A DNA stretch of 64,000 nucleotides, from the sequence record NC_023568.1. One strand, 5' to 3'. The notes below the pieces were generated by a model, which worked only from the letters and a program-made list of their open reading frames with translations, was not told the DNA's origin and ran no database searches. This document shows positions 28,332 to 39,500 of the stretch, piece by piece. Each line of letters starts with the position of its first letter. Position 1 is the first letter of the stretch. Made by a program: the position numbers and the translations under genes.

Positions 28332-28532
28332 ATGAAAGAAAATCAACAATTGAAAGTTCGATGTTCAATTCAAATCGCAGAGCAGTTACAACAGTTGCCC
28401 GAATTTCGTGACATGTCAGTTACGAAAATTTTCCACACACTATCTACAAATTATCTCAACAAGAGTGCGTTTCAGCACATCGGGGCGATTAATGGAAAGA
28501 ACAGAAATCATCATTCCTACGAAGAACGTTAG
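28332..28532 (+). CDS. ribbon-helix-helix-like small protein
   Basis: GGAGG RBS; QLKVR strand, helix, MSVTKI second helix. Confidence 0.5.
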   Translation: MKENQQLKVRCSIQIAEQLQQLPEFRDMSVTKIFHTLSTNYLNKSAFQHIGAINGKNRNHHSYEER

Positions 28533-29223
28533 GAATGCGGGGTATGAGTTCGAAGTGATCGACACTAGCAAACTTGATCACTATCACGTACGCTGTGTAA
28601 CAAACACATTGTACGACAATAGAATCAAAGGGTCGAAATTAGACGGGTTTCGCGCAGAGATAACATTAATGGACGCTGAATCACTCATCTTTTTAAACTC
28701 GATGAATCTATATGCTAATTTCACTGAATCAAACAGAGCCAATAACGGCATGAAACGTATCAAATCAGCAAGATACGAGCATCATCATTATTATCAACAG
28801 CAAGAAGATTGGTTTAAATCAATATTGCGACAGAACAAAATCAAAGTAAAGTACCCGAACGGAGATACACGTGATAAATTACCGACGTTTTACACGTGCG
28901 GTTTGCGTCTTTCTAATGTTCGACGTTCAGCCGATAGAGCATGTGCAATGCTAGTTCTCGACGAGAATCAAAAACCCAAGCTGTACGCATTTGCAATCGG
29001 TAAGTTACGGTATGTAGTAGATGCCTATGACAAAACTCAAAACATCAACTGTCCTGCTCAGATCGGGAAGAAAACGGTTGACGTTATTGAGTGTTTAGAC
29101 TATAATGATGAAGACGATTGGAATGACGAGAATGAACTCGAAGAAGTTCATAAAAAATGTGTTATTCCAGATGTATCTGATTTAGATAAAGTATTAATGT
29201 CGCTAGACGAAGAAGAGTTTTAA
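28492..29223 (+). CDS. hypothetical protein
   Basis: start moved to ATG 28492; ORF track. Confidence 0.7.
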   Translation: MERTEIIIPTKNVRNAGYEFEVIDTSKLDHYHVRCVTNTLYDNRIKGSKLDGFRAEITLMDAESLIFLNSMNLYANFTESNRANNGMKRIKSARYEHHHYYQQQEDWFKSILRQNKIKVKYPNGDTRDKLPTFYTCGLRLSNVRRSADRACAMLVLDENQKPKLYAFAIGKLRYVVDAYDKTQNINCPAQIGKKTVDVIECLDYNDEDDWNDENELEEVHKKCVIPDVSDLDKVLMSLDEEEF

Positions 29224-29228
29224 TTATT

Positions 29229-29528
29229 ATGAATGAAGTATCAACAACAACTTACAAAAGCACAACACAACTAGCTCTTGACATTGCAGCATATGCATCA
29301 CTGTTAGTCAAGATGGGATTTGATGAGTGCGTCACAAATCAAAAACTCTTTGTAGAAATGTGTAACGAAGCTGGGTTTAGAACTACAACTGGTAAAGAAT
29401 TCACACAGATGTCATTCAGACAGATGTTTGCTCGATTACCGCACGGTACTAAACGCGAAGTTCGCGAAACATTTTCATGGGGGAATATCCCTCAAGGTGA
29501 ATCAATTTTAGAAAGTATCTACGTATAA
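29229..29528 (+). CDS. asiA: anti-sigma70 factor AsiA
   Basis: ASLLVKM...V.N...F....NE.G.......Q.SFR aligns by eye with T4 AsiA. Confidence 0.8.
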   Translation: MNEVSTTTYKSTTQLALDIAAYASLLVKMGFDECVTNQKLFVEMCNEAGFRTTTGKEFTQMSFRQMFARLPHGTKREVRETFSWGNIPQGESILESIYV

Positions 29529-29537
29529 GGTAAAAAT

Positions 29538-29834
29538 ATGGATTTCGGAAATGCACTAATTTCTTTAAAAGCAGGTCGCAAGATTTCTCGCGAAGGTTGG
29601 AATGGTCAAGGTATGTTTATTGTGTTAATGCCAGCACTTTACTTACCGCCGTTTAACACTCAAGATACAATGCGAAAAGTCAATGATCGCACTGCGAAAC
29701 ATATCGGTGAAGATACACCGCTAGATAGTCAACCATATATCGCAATGTTTACGGCTGAACAGAAATGGCAACCAGGGTGGGTAGCATCTCAAGCAGACAT
29801 TTTAGCTGAAGATTGGGTCGTCCACGACGAATAA
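29538..29834 (+). CDS. tad2: DUF2829 / Tad2-like anti-Thoeris sponge
   Basis: FG.AL..LK.G.K..R.GWNG.GMF and W..SQ.D.LAEDW. Confidence 0.8.
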   Translation: MDFGNALISLKAGRKISREGWNGQGMFIVLMPALYLPPFNTQDTMRKVNDRTAKHIGEDTPLDSQPYIAMFTAEQKWQPGWVASQADILAEDWVVHDE

Positions 29835-29836
29835 AC

Positions 29837-29866
29837 GAAAGGAGAGCAAATGCTCTCCTTTTTTTT
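29837..29866. terminator. terminator at the convergence of + and - transcription blocks
   Basis: AAAGGAGAGC aaat GCTCTCCTTT + T run. Confidence 0.85.
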
Positions 29867-29868
29867 GG

Positions 29869-30444
29869 TCACTGTACTTTCTTAGTTCGTTTGTCAATCT
29901 CGTCAACTTTAGTTTCAAGATTATCAATACGAGTGTTAAGCATATCACCGTCTTTACCAGTAAAGCGGTCAGACGAATCAATGTTTATTAATGTCTCGAC
30001 TCTGGCTAAATCAGTCTCAATCTTGGAATAACGTGAATGGGTACCTTCTATCTTAGATAAAATATCAGTTTGTGAGTTTTTTAAACTGTTAACTGAATTC
30101 ACTAGATTTTTGTCGCCCAATTCAGACGTATTCCTCAATGCTCTTACTTCGCTCTCAAGCCTACCATAGTTCACAAGCACTTCATCTTGTTTCTTAACCA
30201 AAAGAGCTTGTGACCCTTCTAAGCTAATCAACTGTTGCGCTTGTGTCGCGTTTGTTAGTTTGATGTCAGTTATTTCTTGCATGATCATCGCGTTTTGAGC
30301 TACAGCGGTTTTTCCTTGCTCTTGTACAACTTGTAATGCTTCCTGCATTCCGCCGTAGTTTGTCGCCACGCTCATTGAGGTGATAGCCAGAGGGATAAGA
30401 ATAGTACCGATAATAGCCAATAAAACTTGTGCTATCTTGCTCAT
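29869..30444 (-). CDS. single-TM coiled-coil late protein; holin/spanin candidate
   Basis: N-terminal TM, heptad repeats, TATAAATA at 30491-30498, position of T4 gene t. Confidence 0.5.
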   Translation of the reverse strand: MSKIAQVLLAIIGTILIPLAITSMSVATNYGGMQEALQVVQEQGKTAVAQNAMIMQEITDIKLTNATQAQQLISLEGSQALLVKKQDEVLVNYGRLESEVRALRNTSELGDKNLVNSVNSLKNSQTDILSKIEGTHSRYSKIETDLARVETLINIDSSDRFTGKDGDMLNTRIDNLETKVDEIDKRTKKVQ

Positions 30445-30490
30445 AGTATTGGTTCCTATGTTGGTTGTCTTATTCTCTGACTGTCAGGTG

Positions 30491-30498
30491 TATTTATA
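30491..30498 (-). promoter_or_regulatory. T4-type late promoter
   Basis: exact TATAAATA on - strand. Confidence 0.8.
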
Positions 30499-33400
30499 AA
30501 CGAAGCAACTTCTTCCACCACGGGCGTTTAAGTTCTTGTACTTCGTTCTGAAGTGAATCGACTTTCTCATTAAGCTCTTTAATAGCTTCAATCAAAAGAC
30601 CGTTCATGTTACCATACGCTACTGATAGAATATGATCTTCGTCACTTTCCATCACAGCTTCTGGCAGCACTTTTTGCACTTCTTGCGCGATTACACCAGT
30701 TTCACGAGTAAACTCATCTGAGTCTAATGATTTGCGCTTATCATATGTATACCCGCTTAATTCACCTACTTTATTGAGTGCATTGTCAATAACCTTGACA
30801 TTCTCTTTCAAACGTGCATCTGAGTAAGCTGTAACGTTACCCTGAGCAGTCAAGCTACCACTACTCACTTCAACGTAATTCGCACGACGGTTAGTATAGA
30901 ATCGCATACGACCATCAGAGTTCGATAGAATCTGAATACCCGAACGAATGTTACTACCGTTGTAGAAAGAAGCAAATGCCCAGTGAGCACCAGCCGTATC
31001 TGGGTTGTTTACACTGAATGCAGCAGTACCGTTACCCGCCCACGTAGAGTCGTAAAAGTTACTAGCAACTCTAGCTGATTTATTCGAGCCAGACCACGAA
31101 CCTGAAGTGATTTGACCATCTGTACGTAGCAATGAACTACCACAATAAATACCAGAGCTGAAATCAGCATATGGGTTCAATCTCAACCACGCGCCTTCAT
31201 TGTTCCTGAAAGCCCTCTTTCCACCTAATCGAAGGTCTTTGTTTAATAATACATCAACATCCGAGCCGAAGTTGAATTTACTGTATGAATAGAACCCATT
31301 AGTTGCATTAGTCTCCATGTGAGCATATGACGAATTACGACAACCGAACCATGCAGATTTACTATTATTACCGTTGTAAACAGTTAACACTCTAGTCGAA
31401 TCATAAGTCAAGTTAATCTTCGATGCCAACTGAACTGTACCACCGTTAGCATACAGATTCCCGCCAACGAACACATTAGAAGTACCACGAGGGATTGTCA
31501 GTGCAGTAGTATCTACATCACTCTGACGTGTACCAATTTTAAATTCATTGGTCGTAGCCCCTAGATAGTGAATAAACCCACCATGAGCAGCCCCATCTTC
31601 TGACATTCGAATTATAGAATCGTAGTTCGCATCAGTTTCAATTTTAAACAAACCGTGATTTGAACCAGACGCTAAATTCATCTCCCCTGTATTCAGCTTG
31701 TAACGAGTCGCTGAACTTGATGTATATCTACCAGACTGTGAGAAGTACGCAAACATAGTAGCATTAGTTGCAGCACCCAATGGATTTGAAATCCCCGCAG
31801 GGAAAACCGACCCACCGAATGAGTAGTCTGAAGTATACACTTGAGCGCGAGAGTTACTACGCAGATTTATACTCTGACCACCGCGAACGTAGATAACAAC
31901 ACCCGTGAATCCCTGAGTCCCTTCCCATATTGAATGTATGTTTGTTTCTGAATCAACATACTTCTGCACAATCAAGTCATAATATGCATTGTGATCTGAC
32001 CAACCGCCGCCACGTGCAACACCAGTTATAGTGTTGTTGTTATATGGTGAGCTGCCTTGTCCTGAACCAACAGACAGTGTAAATTCACACGTATAACCAG
32101 CAGTATTGTTTGCATCAAAAACAACTGGATAGAACTTAGTAGCATCTAAACCATCTAGACTGATTACGTTATTGACTACATCATTCGCAGTTGGTTTATT
32201 CGATTCATGGTAAATACTGCGTCTTGTAGAATCGTCCGGGGTACGAACATAAAGCGAATCAGCACCCGAGCCGTCCATCCCAATGTAACCATATTTACCA
32301 ACATCTGTTTGGTCAAACACCAAGAACGGGTCAGTACCTTCAACTGTCAGACTCGTTGCACCAGAACCTTCTCTGCGAACAACTGCTCCCGCGCTACCAA
32401 CTTCGAACAATCGATTCGATGCTGTGGATAAGTCTGCATTTGTACCAATACCAAACCCGGCCCCGTTAGTGAACGAACCTGCATACCACGCCTCACCTAG
32501 TGCATTTCCGTCAGTACTCTTTCCTTGGAATCGAATATTAACGTTCGGGACTGAAGACTCTTCAACTCGATGTACAGAAAGCGGCGTCGATGATGATGCA
32601 TTCAATGACATTACACCAGACGTGTTGAGCGATGCTGCAAAATCACTCGACGCGTTTGAATTAACACCAAGCGGACAGAAATACATAGCACTTGCACCAC
32701 TACCACCCAAGCGAGTAGTACCGCCACTGAACATTAACAATCCTTGTTCAGTGTTTGCATCATTTAACAATGTACTTGTATGAATTTGATCAGTAAACAC
32801 TGTACGATCTGAGTACATTGATATTATGTTTTCAGCCGTAGTTCCATCAGATCCGTTTAGTCTGAATTGTAACGATCCATCAACGCGATTCCAGTAAATG
32901 TTACCACGAGTTTCCCCTGTATCATTGTTCAACAGAATAGACGGGTTAGATTCGCCAACGCGATTGATGTTCAATACGTTGTCGATATGGTCAACCGATG
33001 CGTTTAGAGTAACATTCGAACTACCATCAATAGACACCGAACCGCTCAATTCATTACCAAGAGATAATGAACGTGCAGTTGTCCATTTGTCTGCATATGG
33101 GTGGTAATCTGTATGGTACATGTATACCCAGTCTTCCCATACTTCACTATAACGAGTACGCATCGCCATTGTACCGGTATTTCCAGCTAGACCGTAAGGG
33201 TATGCAACTTGAGTAGTATTCGAAGTTGAACCATATGTCATGTTCTGAACATACCAGTAGCCAGTAAAGCCGCTTGGTCTATTTGTACCTTGTGATAACT
33301 TGTAGTAGAATCCAGCTTGTGTCAACGTATCCCAATCAACTGTAGTGTCAACGCCTGCAACTGTTCGACCAGTTGCTAAGTAATTCGGCTGAGCTACGTG

Positions 33401-34693
33401 TATACCAACTTCAGCAAACGTCGGGTAGTTTGATAGTGACGGAACAGATGCATTCAACGTGACGTTTGAAGTCCCATCAATTGAAACCGAACCTGTTAAA
33501 TCACCGCCTAGTGTGATTGTACGAGCAGTAGTCCACTTATCAGCATTTGGGTGATATGCATCGTGGAACACACGTTGGTTTACTTTGGCGAATATCTCAC
33601 CTTGTACTTCAAGACCTGCAACCGATGCAGTTGAACCATTATCACGAATGATCAACGCTTGACCGTTACCACCATCAGTGTTGATGTCAACATCACTAAT
33701 CTCATGAATTAATTCCAGATTCTGATTCGCACCCGTAATCCAGTTAATACCTGAGTTTTCGGTTGCATATAGAGTCTCGTTGAAGCTTAAACGCGCACCT
33801 GCTTTGCTGATCGCAACGTTTCCCGTAAATGTATCGCCTGTAACATTTGCAAATCGCGCATCAGATTCAGCTTCAGTGTAGTACCTACCGTCATGTGTGT
33901 GTGAATCGTTCGCTACAGTCGCTGTAACAGTCACAGTAGCATTAGCCGAACCATCAATAGTCATAGACGCAGAACCGCTTACATCGCCCGTTAGAGTCGT
34001 TGTAAGAGTGCGTGCAGATGTCCATTTGTCCGCATTTGGGTGATATGCTTCAGTGAAGACGTTATTACCTTCATACGTGAACGCAGAGCCGTTTACACTC
34101 AGAGTTGAACCATTGTTGCCGATTTGCAACGTTCCGTCTGTACGTAATAGAGAGCTTCCGTAATAAACCCCAGACGCAAACTCATTCTGATCATTGATTC
34201 TCAACCAATCATCAAACCCACGCAATGCTGTTTTCATGTTGATATCAATACTATCAACAGAAAAGTCGGCAGCAGTAGCATCAATTCTGAAGCGAGTAGT
34301 GACTACATCATTTTCTCGAATACTGAAACTATCAGTCGAGTTCATAATGTACCAGTTTTTTGAGTTGTCGTTGTCGCGCAACAACAGACGTGGCGACGCT
34401 CCGTTGATCTCAATTTCGTTTGCCGTGTTCGTCAATTTACCTGACATTGTATCGCCAGTTTTCTTCACGTAGCCGCCAGCAGCAATTGGAGCAAAACGAG
34501 CATCAGATTCAGCTTTCGTGAATGCAGAAGTCGTCCCACCGTTACCTAATTCGCCTGGTAGTGGTGTATCATGTTCTGTATAAATTTTGTGGCCTTGGTA
34601 GCGAATTGTCTCGCCTTGCGGGTCAAAGCGAAGATTCCCTCCGTGCCAAACTATGTTACCACCAATTGCGGTAGTTGATCTTAGTTCTGCCAT
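30494..34693 (-). CDS. long distal tail fibre (gp36-like N-terminus, gp37-like body, S74-type chaperone)
   Basis: IVWHGGN...YQGHKIYTE like T4 gp36; GNVTAYSDARLKEN...TGVIAQEV...SVAYGN. Confidence 0.9.
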   Translation of the reverse strand: MAELRSTTAIGGNIVWHGGNLRFDPQGETIRYQGHKIYTEHDTPLPGELGNGGTTSAFTKAESDARFAPIAAGGYVKKTGDTMSGKLTNTANEIEINGASPRLLLRDNDNSKNWYIMNSTDSFSIRENDVVTTRFRIDATAADFSVDSIDINMKTALRGFDDWLRINDQNEFASGVYYGSSLLRTDGTLQIGNNGSTLSVNGSAFTYEGNNVFTEAYHPNADKWTSARTLTTTLTGDVSGSASMTIDGSANATVTVTATVANDSHTHDGRYYTEAESDARFANVTGDTFTGNVAISKAGARLSFNETLYATENSGINWITGANQNLELIHEISDVDINTDGGNGQALIIRDNGSTASVAGLEVQGEIFAKVNQRVFHDAYHPNADKWTTARTITLGGDLTGSVSIDGTSNVTLNASVPSLSNYPTFAEVGIHVAQPNYLATGRTVAGVDTTVDWDTLTQAGFYYKLSQGTNRPSGFTGYWYVQNMTYGSTSNTTQVAYPYGLAGNTGTMAMRTRYSEVWEDWVYMYHTDYHPYADKWTTARSLSLGNELSGSVSIDGSSNVTLNASVDHIDNVLNINRVGESNPSILLNNDTGETRGNIYWNRVDGSLQFRLNGSDGTTAENIISMYSDRTVFTDQIHTSTLLNDANTEQGLLMFSGGTTRLGGSGASAMYFCPLGVNSNASSDFAASLNTSGVMSLNASSSTPLSVHRVEESSVPNVNIRFQGKSTDGNALGEAWYAGSFTNGAGFGIGTNADLSTASNRLFEVGSAGAVVRREGSGATSLTVEGTDPFLVFDQTDVGKYGYIGMDGSGADSLYVRTPDDSTRRSIYHESNKPTANDVVNNVISLDGLDATKFYPVVFDANNTAGYTCEFTLSVGSGQGSSPYNNNTITGVARGGGWSDHNAYYDLIVQKYVDSETNIHSIWEGTQGFTGVVIYVRGGQSINLRSNSRAQVYTSDYSFGGSVFPAGISNPLGAATNATMFAYFSQSGRYTSSSATRYKLNTGEMNLASGSNHGLFKIETDANYDSIIRMSEDGAAHGGFIHYLGATTNEFKIGTRQSDVDTTALTIPRGTSNVFVGGNLYANGGTVQLASKINLTYDSTRVLTVYNGNNSKSAWFGCRNSSYAHMETNATNGFYSYSKFNFGSDVDVLLNKDLRLGGKRAFRNNEGAWLRLNPYADFSSGIYCGSSLLRTDGQITSGSWSGSNKSARVASNFYDSTWAGNGTAAFSVNNPDTAGAHWAFASFYNGSNIRSGIQILSNSDGRMRFYTNRRANYVEVSSGSLTAQGNVTAYSDARLKENVKVIDNALNKVGELSGYTYDKRKSLDSDEFTRETGVIAQEVQKVLPEAVMESDEDHILSVAYGNMNGLLIEAIKELNEKVDSLQNEVQELKRPWWKKLLRL

Positions 34694-34763
34694 GTTATTC
34701 TCTCATTGAGTACGTTTTATCATTTATTTATCATGTATAAAAAAAGCTCCCGTAGGAGCCCTT

Positions 34764-36494
34764 TTAATTAAGTAGTTTTTCTAGTTTTTCAAGTCGTTTT
34801 TCAAGAGCTTCGCGTTTTCTTTTCTCTTCTTTAATACCTTCAATCAACAACCCAACCATGTTTCCGTATGAAACAGAATACATGTTGTTTTGCTCAACAA
34901 CTGCTTCTGGTAGAACTTCAATAACTTCTTGAGCAATTACCCCAGTTTGACGAGGGCCGTCAATATCAGTACGCTCATACGTATAACCATTCAGACTGTC
35001 AATTTTTTCAAGAGGATTTAGAATGCGCTTGATATCAGTTTTTATTCTTATATCAGAATACGCAGTGATATTACCCGGCGCGGTAAAATTACCGCCCGTA
35101 GATAATGTAAACGTCTTCCGACTGCCCCACGACTGAGCATTAGTGTACATGAATATTGTACCATCAGACCCCGCGTGCAAATCTTCCCCTGTATTTCCTG
35201 ACAATACTGCATTAGCGCCAGTTGACTCACCAGAACCGATTACTAGATTACCACCGGGTGATAAAATCAAGTTCGTGCCATTCACGCCACCATCTAATGC
35301 TTTAATCGACGCTCCAGCGTGTGAACCTGCTTTTAGTTTCAATTCACCGGTCATCGTATCGCCAGACTTATACACATATCTTGAATTCGATTCTGATTCT
35401 GTGTAATAACGACCGTCGTGAGTATGAGAATCGTTAGCAACAGTAACGGTTAAAGTCACGTTCGAACTACCGTTAATTGAAACTGAGCCGCTTGCATCGC
35501 CATTCAACGACAGCGTACGAGATGTAGTCCAACGGTCTGCATTTGGGTGATAGTTATCTGCAAATACGCGATTCCCTTGCAGACGCATGATCGCAGTTCC
35601 GCTAACTCTGTCAAAGTTCACGCTACTAGACGATGCACTGACATTAATGTAATCAGACCCATCATACCAAGCATGTCGAAAGTTACTAGTCGCCCCCGTG
35701 TCTGAACGACCATACCAATGCAATCTAGAGTAATTGGTGTCATCGCTTCTAGCATCAGCCCGCTGTATAGCAGGAGTTGTACCTACCCTCATCATCAATG
35801 CAGAGTTTATATAAACGTCGCCAGTGAACGTATCGCCTGATACATTTGCAAATCTAGAGTCTGCTTCAGATTCGGTGTAATATCTACCGTCATGCGTGTG
35901 TGAATCGTTGGCAACTGAAGCTGATAGCGTGACGTTAGAACTACCATCAATAGATACTGTTCCACTTAAATCACCACTCAATGTCAATGTTCGTGCATTA
36001 GTCCATTTATCAGCATTTGGGTGATAAGCGTCATTGAATAGCTTATATGTACCAGCACTGCTAATCCACTCAGGATTGACGCTTGACGCGAGTTGCAATC
36101 CCGCTCGCCCAGTCGATCCTAAATACGCATCATTTCCGATAACTTGTAGTAAAGGTTTTCCGTCTTGACCACCAATTGCTCCGGCTAGAATATTATTATT
36201 GTATGATTGAGTTTTACTAATGTATTGCGTTTCGTGTGTATGTGAGTCGTCTGCCACTGTGACATTCAATGTAACATCTGAACTACCATCCCAAGAGACG
36301 CTACCACTCGCGTCGCCGCTTAAATTCAACGTACGAGCGGTAGTCCATTTATCTGCATTTGGGTGATAGGCATCATGAAACACCTTTTGCGTGTTTTGTG
36401 CAAAAAGCTCAGTATCAACAACTAGACTCCCAACCTTAGCTGTTGACGATACATTCAATGTACCGAAAACGTTAGTAGGACCTAATTTTGCCAT
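34764..36494 (-). CDS. tail fibre with C-terminal intramolecular chaperone
   Basis: HPNADKWT repeats; GNITAYSDIRIKT...TGVIAQEV. Confidence 0.88.
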   Translation of the reverse strand: MAKLGPTNVFGTLNVSSTAKVGSLVVDTELFAQNTQKVFHDAYHPNADKWTTARTLNLSGDASGSVSWDGSSDVTLNVTVADDSHTHETQYISKTQSYNNNILAGAIGGQDGKPLLQVIGNDAYLGSTGRAGLQLASSVNPEWISSAGTYKLFNDAYHPNADKWTNARTLTLSGDLSGTVSIDGSSNVTLSASVANDSHTHDGRYYTESEADSRFANVSGDTFTGDVYINSALMMRVGTTPAIQRADARSDDTNYSRLHWYGRSDTGATSNFRHAWYDGSDYINVSASSSSVNFDRVSGTAIMRLQGNRVFADNYHPNADRWTTSRTLSLNGDASGSVSINGSSNVTLTVTVANDSHTHDGRYYTESESNSRYVYKSGDTMTGELKLKAGSHAGASIKALDGGVNGTNLILSPGGNLVIGSGESTGANAVLSGNTGEDLHAGSDGTIFMYTNAQSWGSRKTFTLSTGGNFTAPGNITAYSDIRIKTDIKRILNPLEKIDSLNGYTYERTDIDGPRQTGVIAQEVIEVLPEAVVEQNNMYSVSYGNMVGLLIEGIKEEKRKREALEKRLEKLEKLLN

Positions 36495-36524
36495 TTCATA
36501 TTCCTATTAGTTGTTTTGTAATAT

Positions 36525-39500
36525 TTATGATTCACTCAGTTCTATCACAGACACTGCACCATTTTTATTGAAACTCGCAGACTCAAGAAACAGCTTGTGT
36601 TCGCGCTCAATTTCAATATTACTTAATGCCTTTGTATGCAATTTACCTTTATGAGTCACGCCATTAAATCGAAAATCTTCGCTCGTTGATGAACTATACC
36701 CGAATGAAATATCATGATCAGATTTAAATTCTATGAAATCATCATCTAGTGTCGCAATATCTAGTAATGAACCATTCACATACAATCTAAACTCTTTAGC
36801 CTTTTTAACTAGAGATATGACAGTCATTTCGTTCATTGTATGAGGAGAACCTGCAAGCGTATACCATCGATCACCCGATGTTTCTGATACTGAAATGCGA
36901 GCGTCATAGCGACCATTGTTTGCAACGATACCCGTATGAAACCCACGGCTCGCCATAATCAATGCTTCAGCGTCTTGCGTATCCGATAACGATGTACACA
37001 AAACAGTCATAGTGAACTCACTCGTATCCCAATTAACATCACTGAATGTTACATCTAATGAGTTGTCGATGAATACACCACCATTCGCAGCTAACGTACC
37101 GTCAGTATACAATCCGCCTTTATCAATCAATGGATTGTTGAACTGTGTTATCGAAGTTCGCGACAAGGATTTGTCTTCAAATGGTTCGACATCAGTAAAA
37201 TCAAGATATGCATAAAGCGAATCTGTATTACCTACTTCATCAAATACACCTGCATACGTTGTACCATCCTTGTTGACATTTGGAGTATTGAAGCTACCAC
37301 GCAAAAACGACGTGCGAGTATAATTAATACGTTCACCTTGTTCGTTATATCGACGACCTTCCTTTTCTTCGAGTAGTTTCTGACCATTCTTGAAAGCAAT
37401 CAATGACCATGTACCACGTGTAATGATTTCACTTGGTGCATAATCTGCACTGAAGTACGTTTTGAAGTACTCATCTAGCGTACCGTCTTGCGCCGTCGAA
37501 GCATCACATCGTGCAATACTCAATAACCACCCATCTTCCATTTTATCAATGGCGTGTTTGACCCAATTATGCGCGTCCTGTGCGTCTGTTACATCATCAC
37601 CGTTTGATACATAAACCTCACTGTCAAATTCATAATACTGAGATACAACAGTACCAGCATAAGTGTCGAGGTTACCAAACCCACGCAGATTCATACCATG
37701 ATCAAAGATACAGAAATTTAACCCGCGTCTTGATAACATGGATCCTTGTTTAACACCATCAATGAACGTGGCTGTACCGTCATCAAATGCTTCAGAACTC
37801 GAACGAATTTGAATCTCAGTTTCAGCAGAATCATCCCAACCCTCGACTAAACGCGAACTATTAAGCTGACCTTTATTGTCGATGCTTGTTTTGATGTTCA
37901 TTAACTCTTGAATCTCAGATTGTTCAAGTGCTTTCGCATAAATCTTATAATCAGCAACGCCACCGTAGAACCCATCACTAATAGAATTTCTAAACGCACC
38001 GGTATTGAGAACTTTAAGATACCCAACACCCAAACCAATGTCACGAGGCGACCCACTATGAGTTTTAGTCACAACGCCATTTACGTACCATTTAGTGATA
38101 CCAGTTTTACCATCGAACACTAGAGCACAATGGCTCCATTCATTAACAGACCCCGGGAATCCAGCAGCGCCCCCGGATGAAACAACCTCACCCGCAACCC
38201 CTGCATAGTTTGAATCACGCCACCCATAGCCGATTTCGAAACCACTAGCAGTATTCCACCCATCGCCACATGACACTAGAACTGAATCCCGCGCTCGTTG
38301 ATTTCGTTTATTGATCCATGCCATCCACGTGAAGCTATCTTCTGGCGGAACGTACCCGTCAACAACCCACGCTCCCGGTTCGCCTTGAGTCATATCGTAA
38401 CCATTAGAACTATACCATATTGCGTCACTACCGGGAGACCAGTATACGGTGTGACCTACGGGAGATGGTTTTATATCTCGTTCGCTGAAAAGATAATATA
38501 CAGATGGCTGCTTCGTGTTATTAATCGACATATGAGAATAAGAAACTGAAGTGTAATCCCTAGCCTCAACATCGGGGTGAATGATATACTCAGCGTCGTG
38601 ATTCAACCCAGATGCATCGTGTAGGTCATACTGAGCAGGATTGATGAAACGACCCGTAGTATTTGATACCTTATAATCATTTGCACGATCTGTCATCAAT
38701 TCAAGCTGAACATTCTTGAAGTATTTCGGTCCCGTTGGTCCATAATGCCCGTAAAAGTAAATCGTCGCACTTGAAGATGAATCCCAATCCCACTGAGCGT
38801 CAATCTCAAATTCAACTTGAATTCGTTCCCATGCCTTAGAGCGAGTTGGTCTTACGTACATACGCTTCGCAAACGAACGATTGCCGCCGATCACTGGTCT
38901 ATATAACCCGATATCCCAATACGGAATACCACTCCCAACATCTTCGGTGTAAACGTCAAGAGATAAAATCATCTTACGTCCAATACGACGATCATTAGGC
39001 GAACCATTAGGGTCAGTCTCTAATCCTGGGTCTAGTAATTCATTATTGAGCGTTGTATGTGTTATACCAAGCCATCCACCATCAATGTTATTCGCATATC
39101 CGACAGTTTCACCTTGAAACTCTTTAAAGTGTGCATGAATTCGATCATTATCAGGGTCTGAGCCACCGTTCCATCCACTAGACCAACCCGGTACGATTAG
39201 AGCGTCTTCGTGCAAATCGGGATTCCAACCAATATTCGTATGAACTTGTGGATCGAACGGAACTGCACCTAGTAATGAACTATTTACAATACGGTTTTCA
39301 AATCCCGATTCAATGTCGTCAAATGTATAATGCACCTGAAGACCGCGAGCAAGTTCTTTGATTTCGGCAGTTGAAAGCGCATGATCATACACGCGCACAT
39401 CATTCAATTTACACGTTGGGCGATAGTTGGATGCACCAAGATACGTAGTAGACCATGCAAACAGTGCGATATAGTCTTCTTGATATGCCATGTCATACGA

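Noticed and set aside
28492-29223. MotA, by position near asiA
   Set aside because: No resemblance to the MotA domains by eye
29869-30444. Embedded Rz1-like lipoprotein
   Set aside because: I saw no lipobox-bearing frame and the alternative frames appear stop-rich; not exhaustively translated
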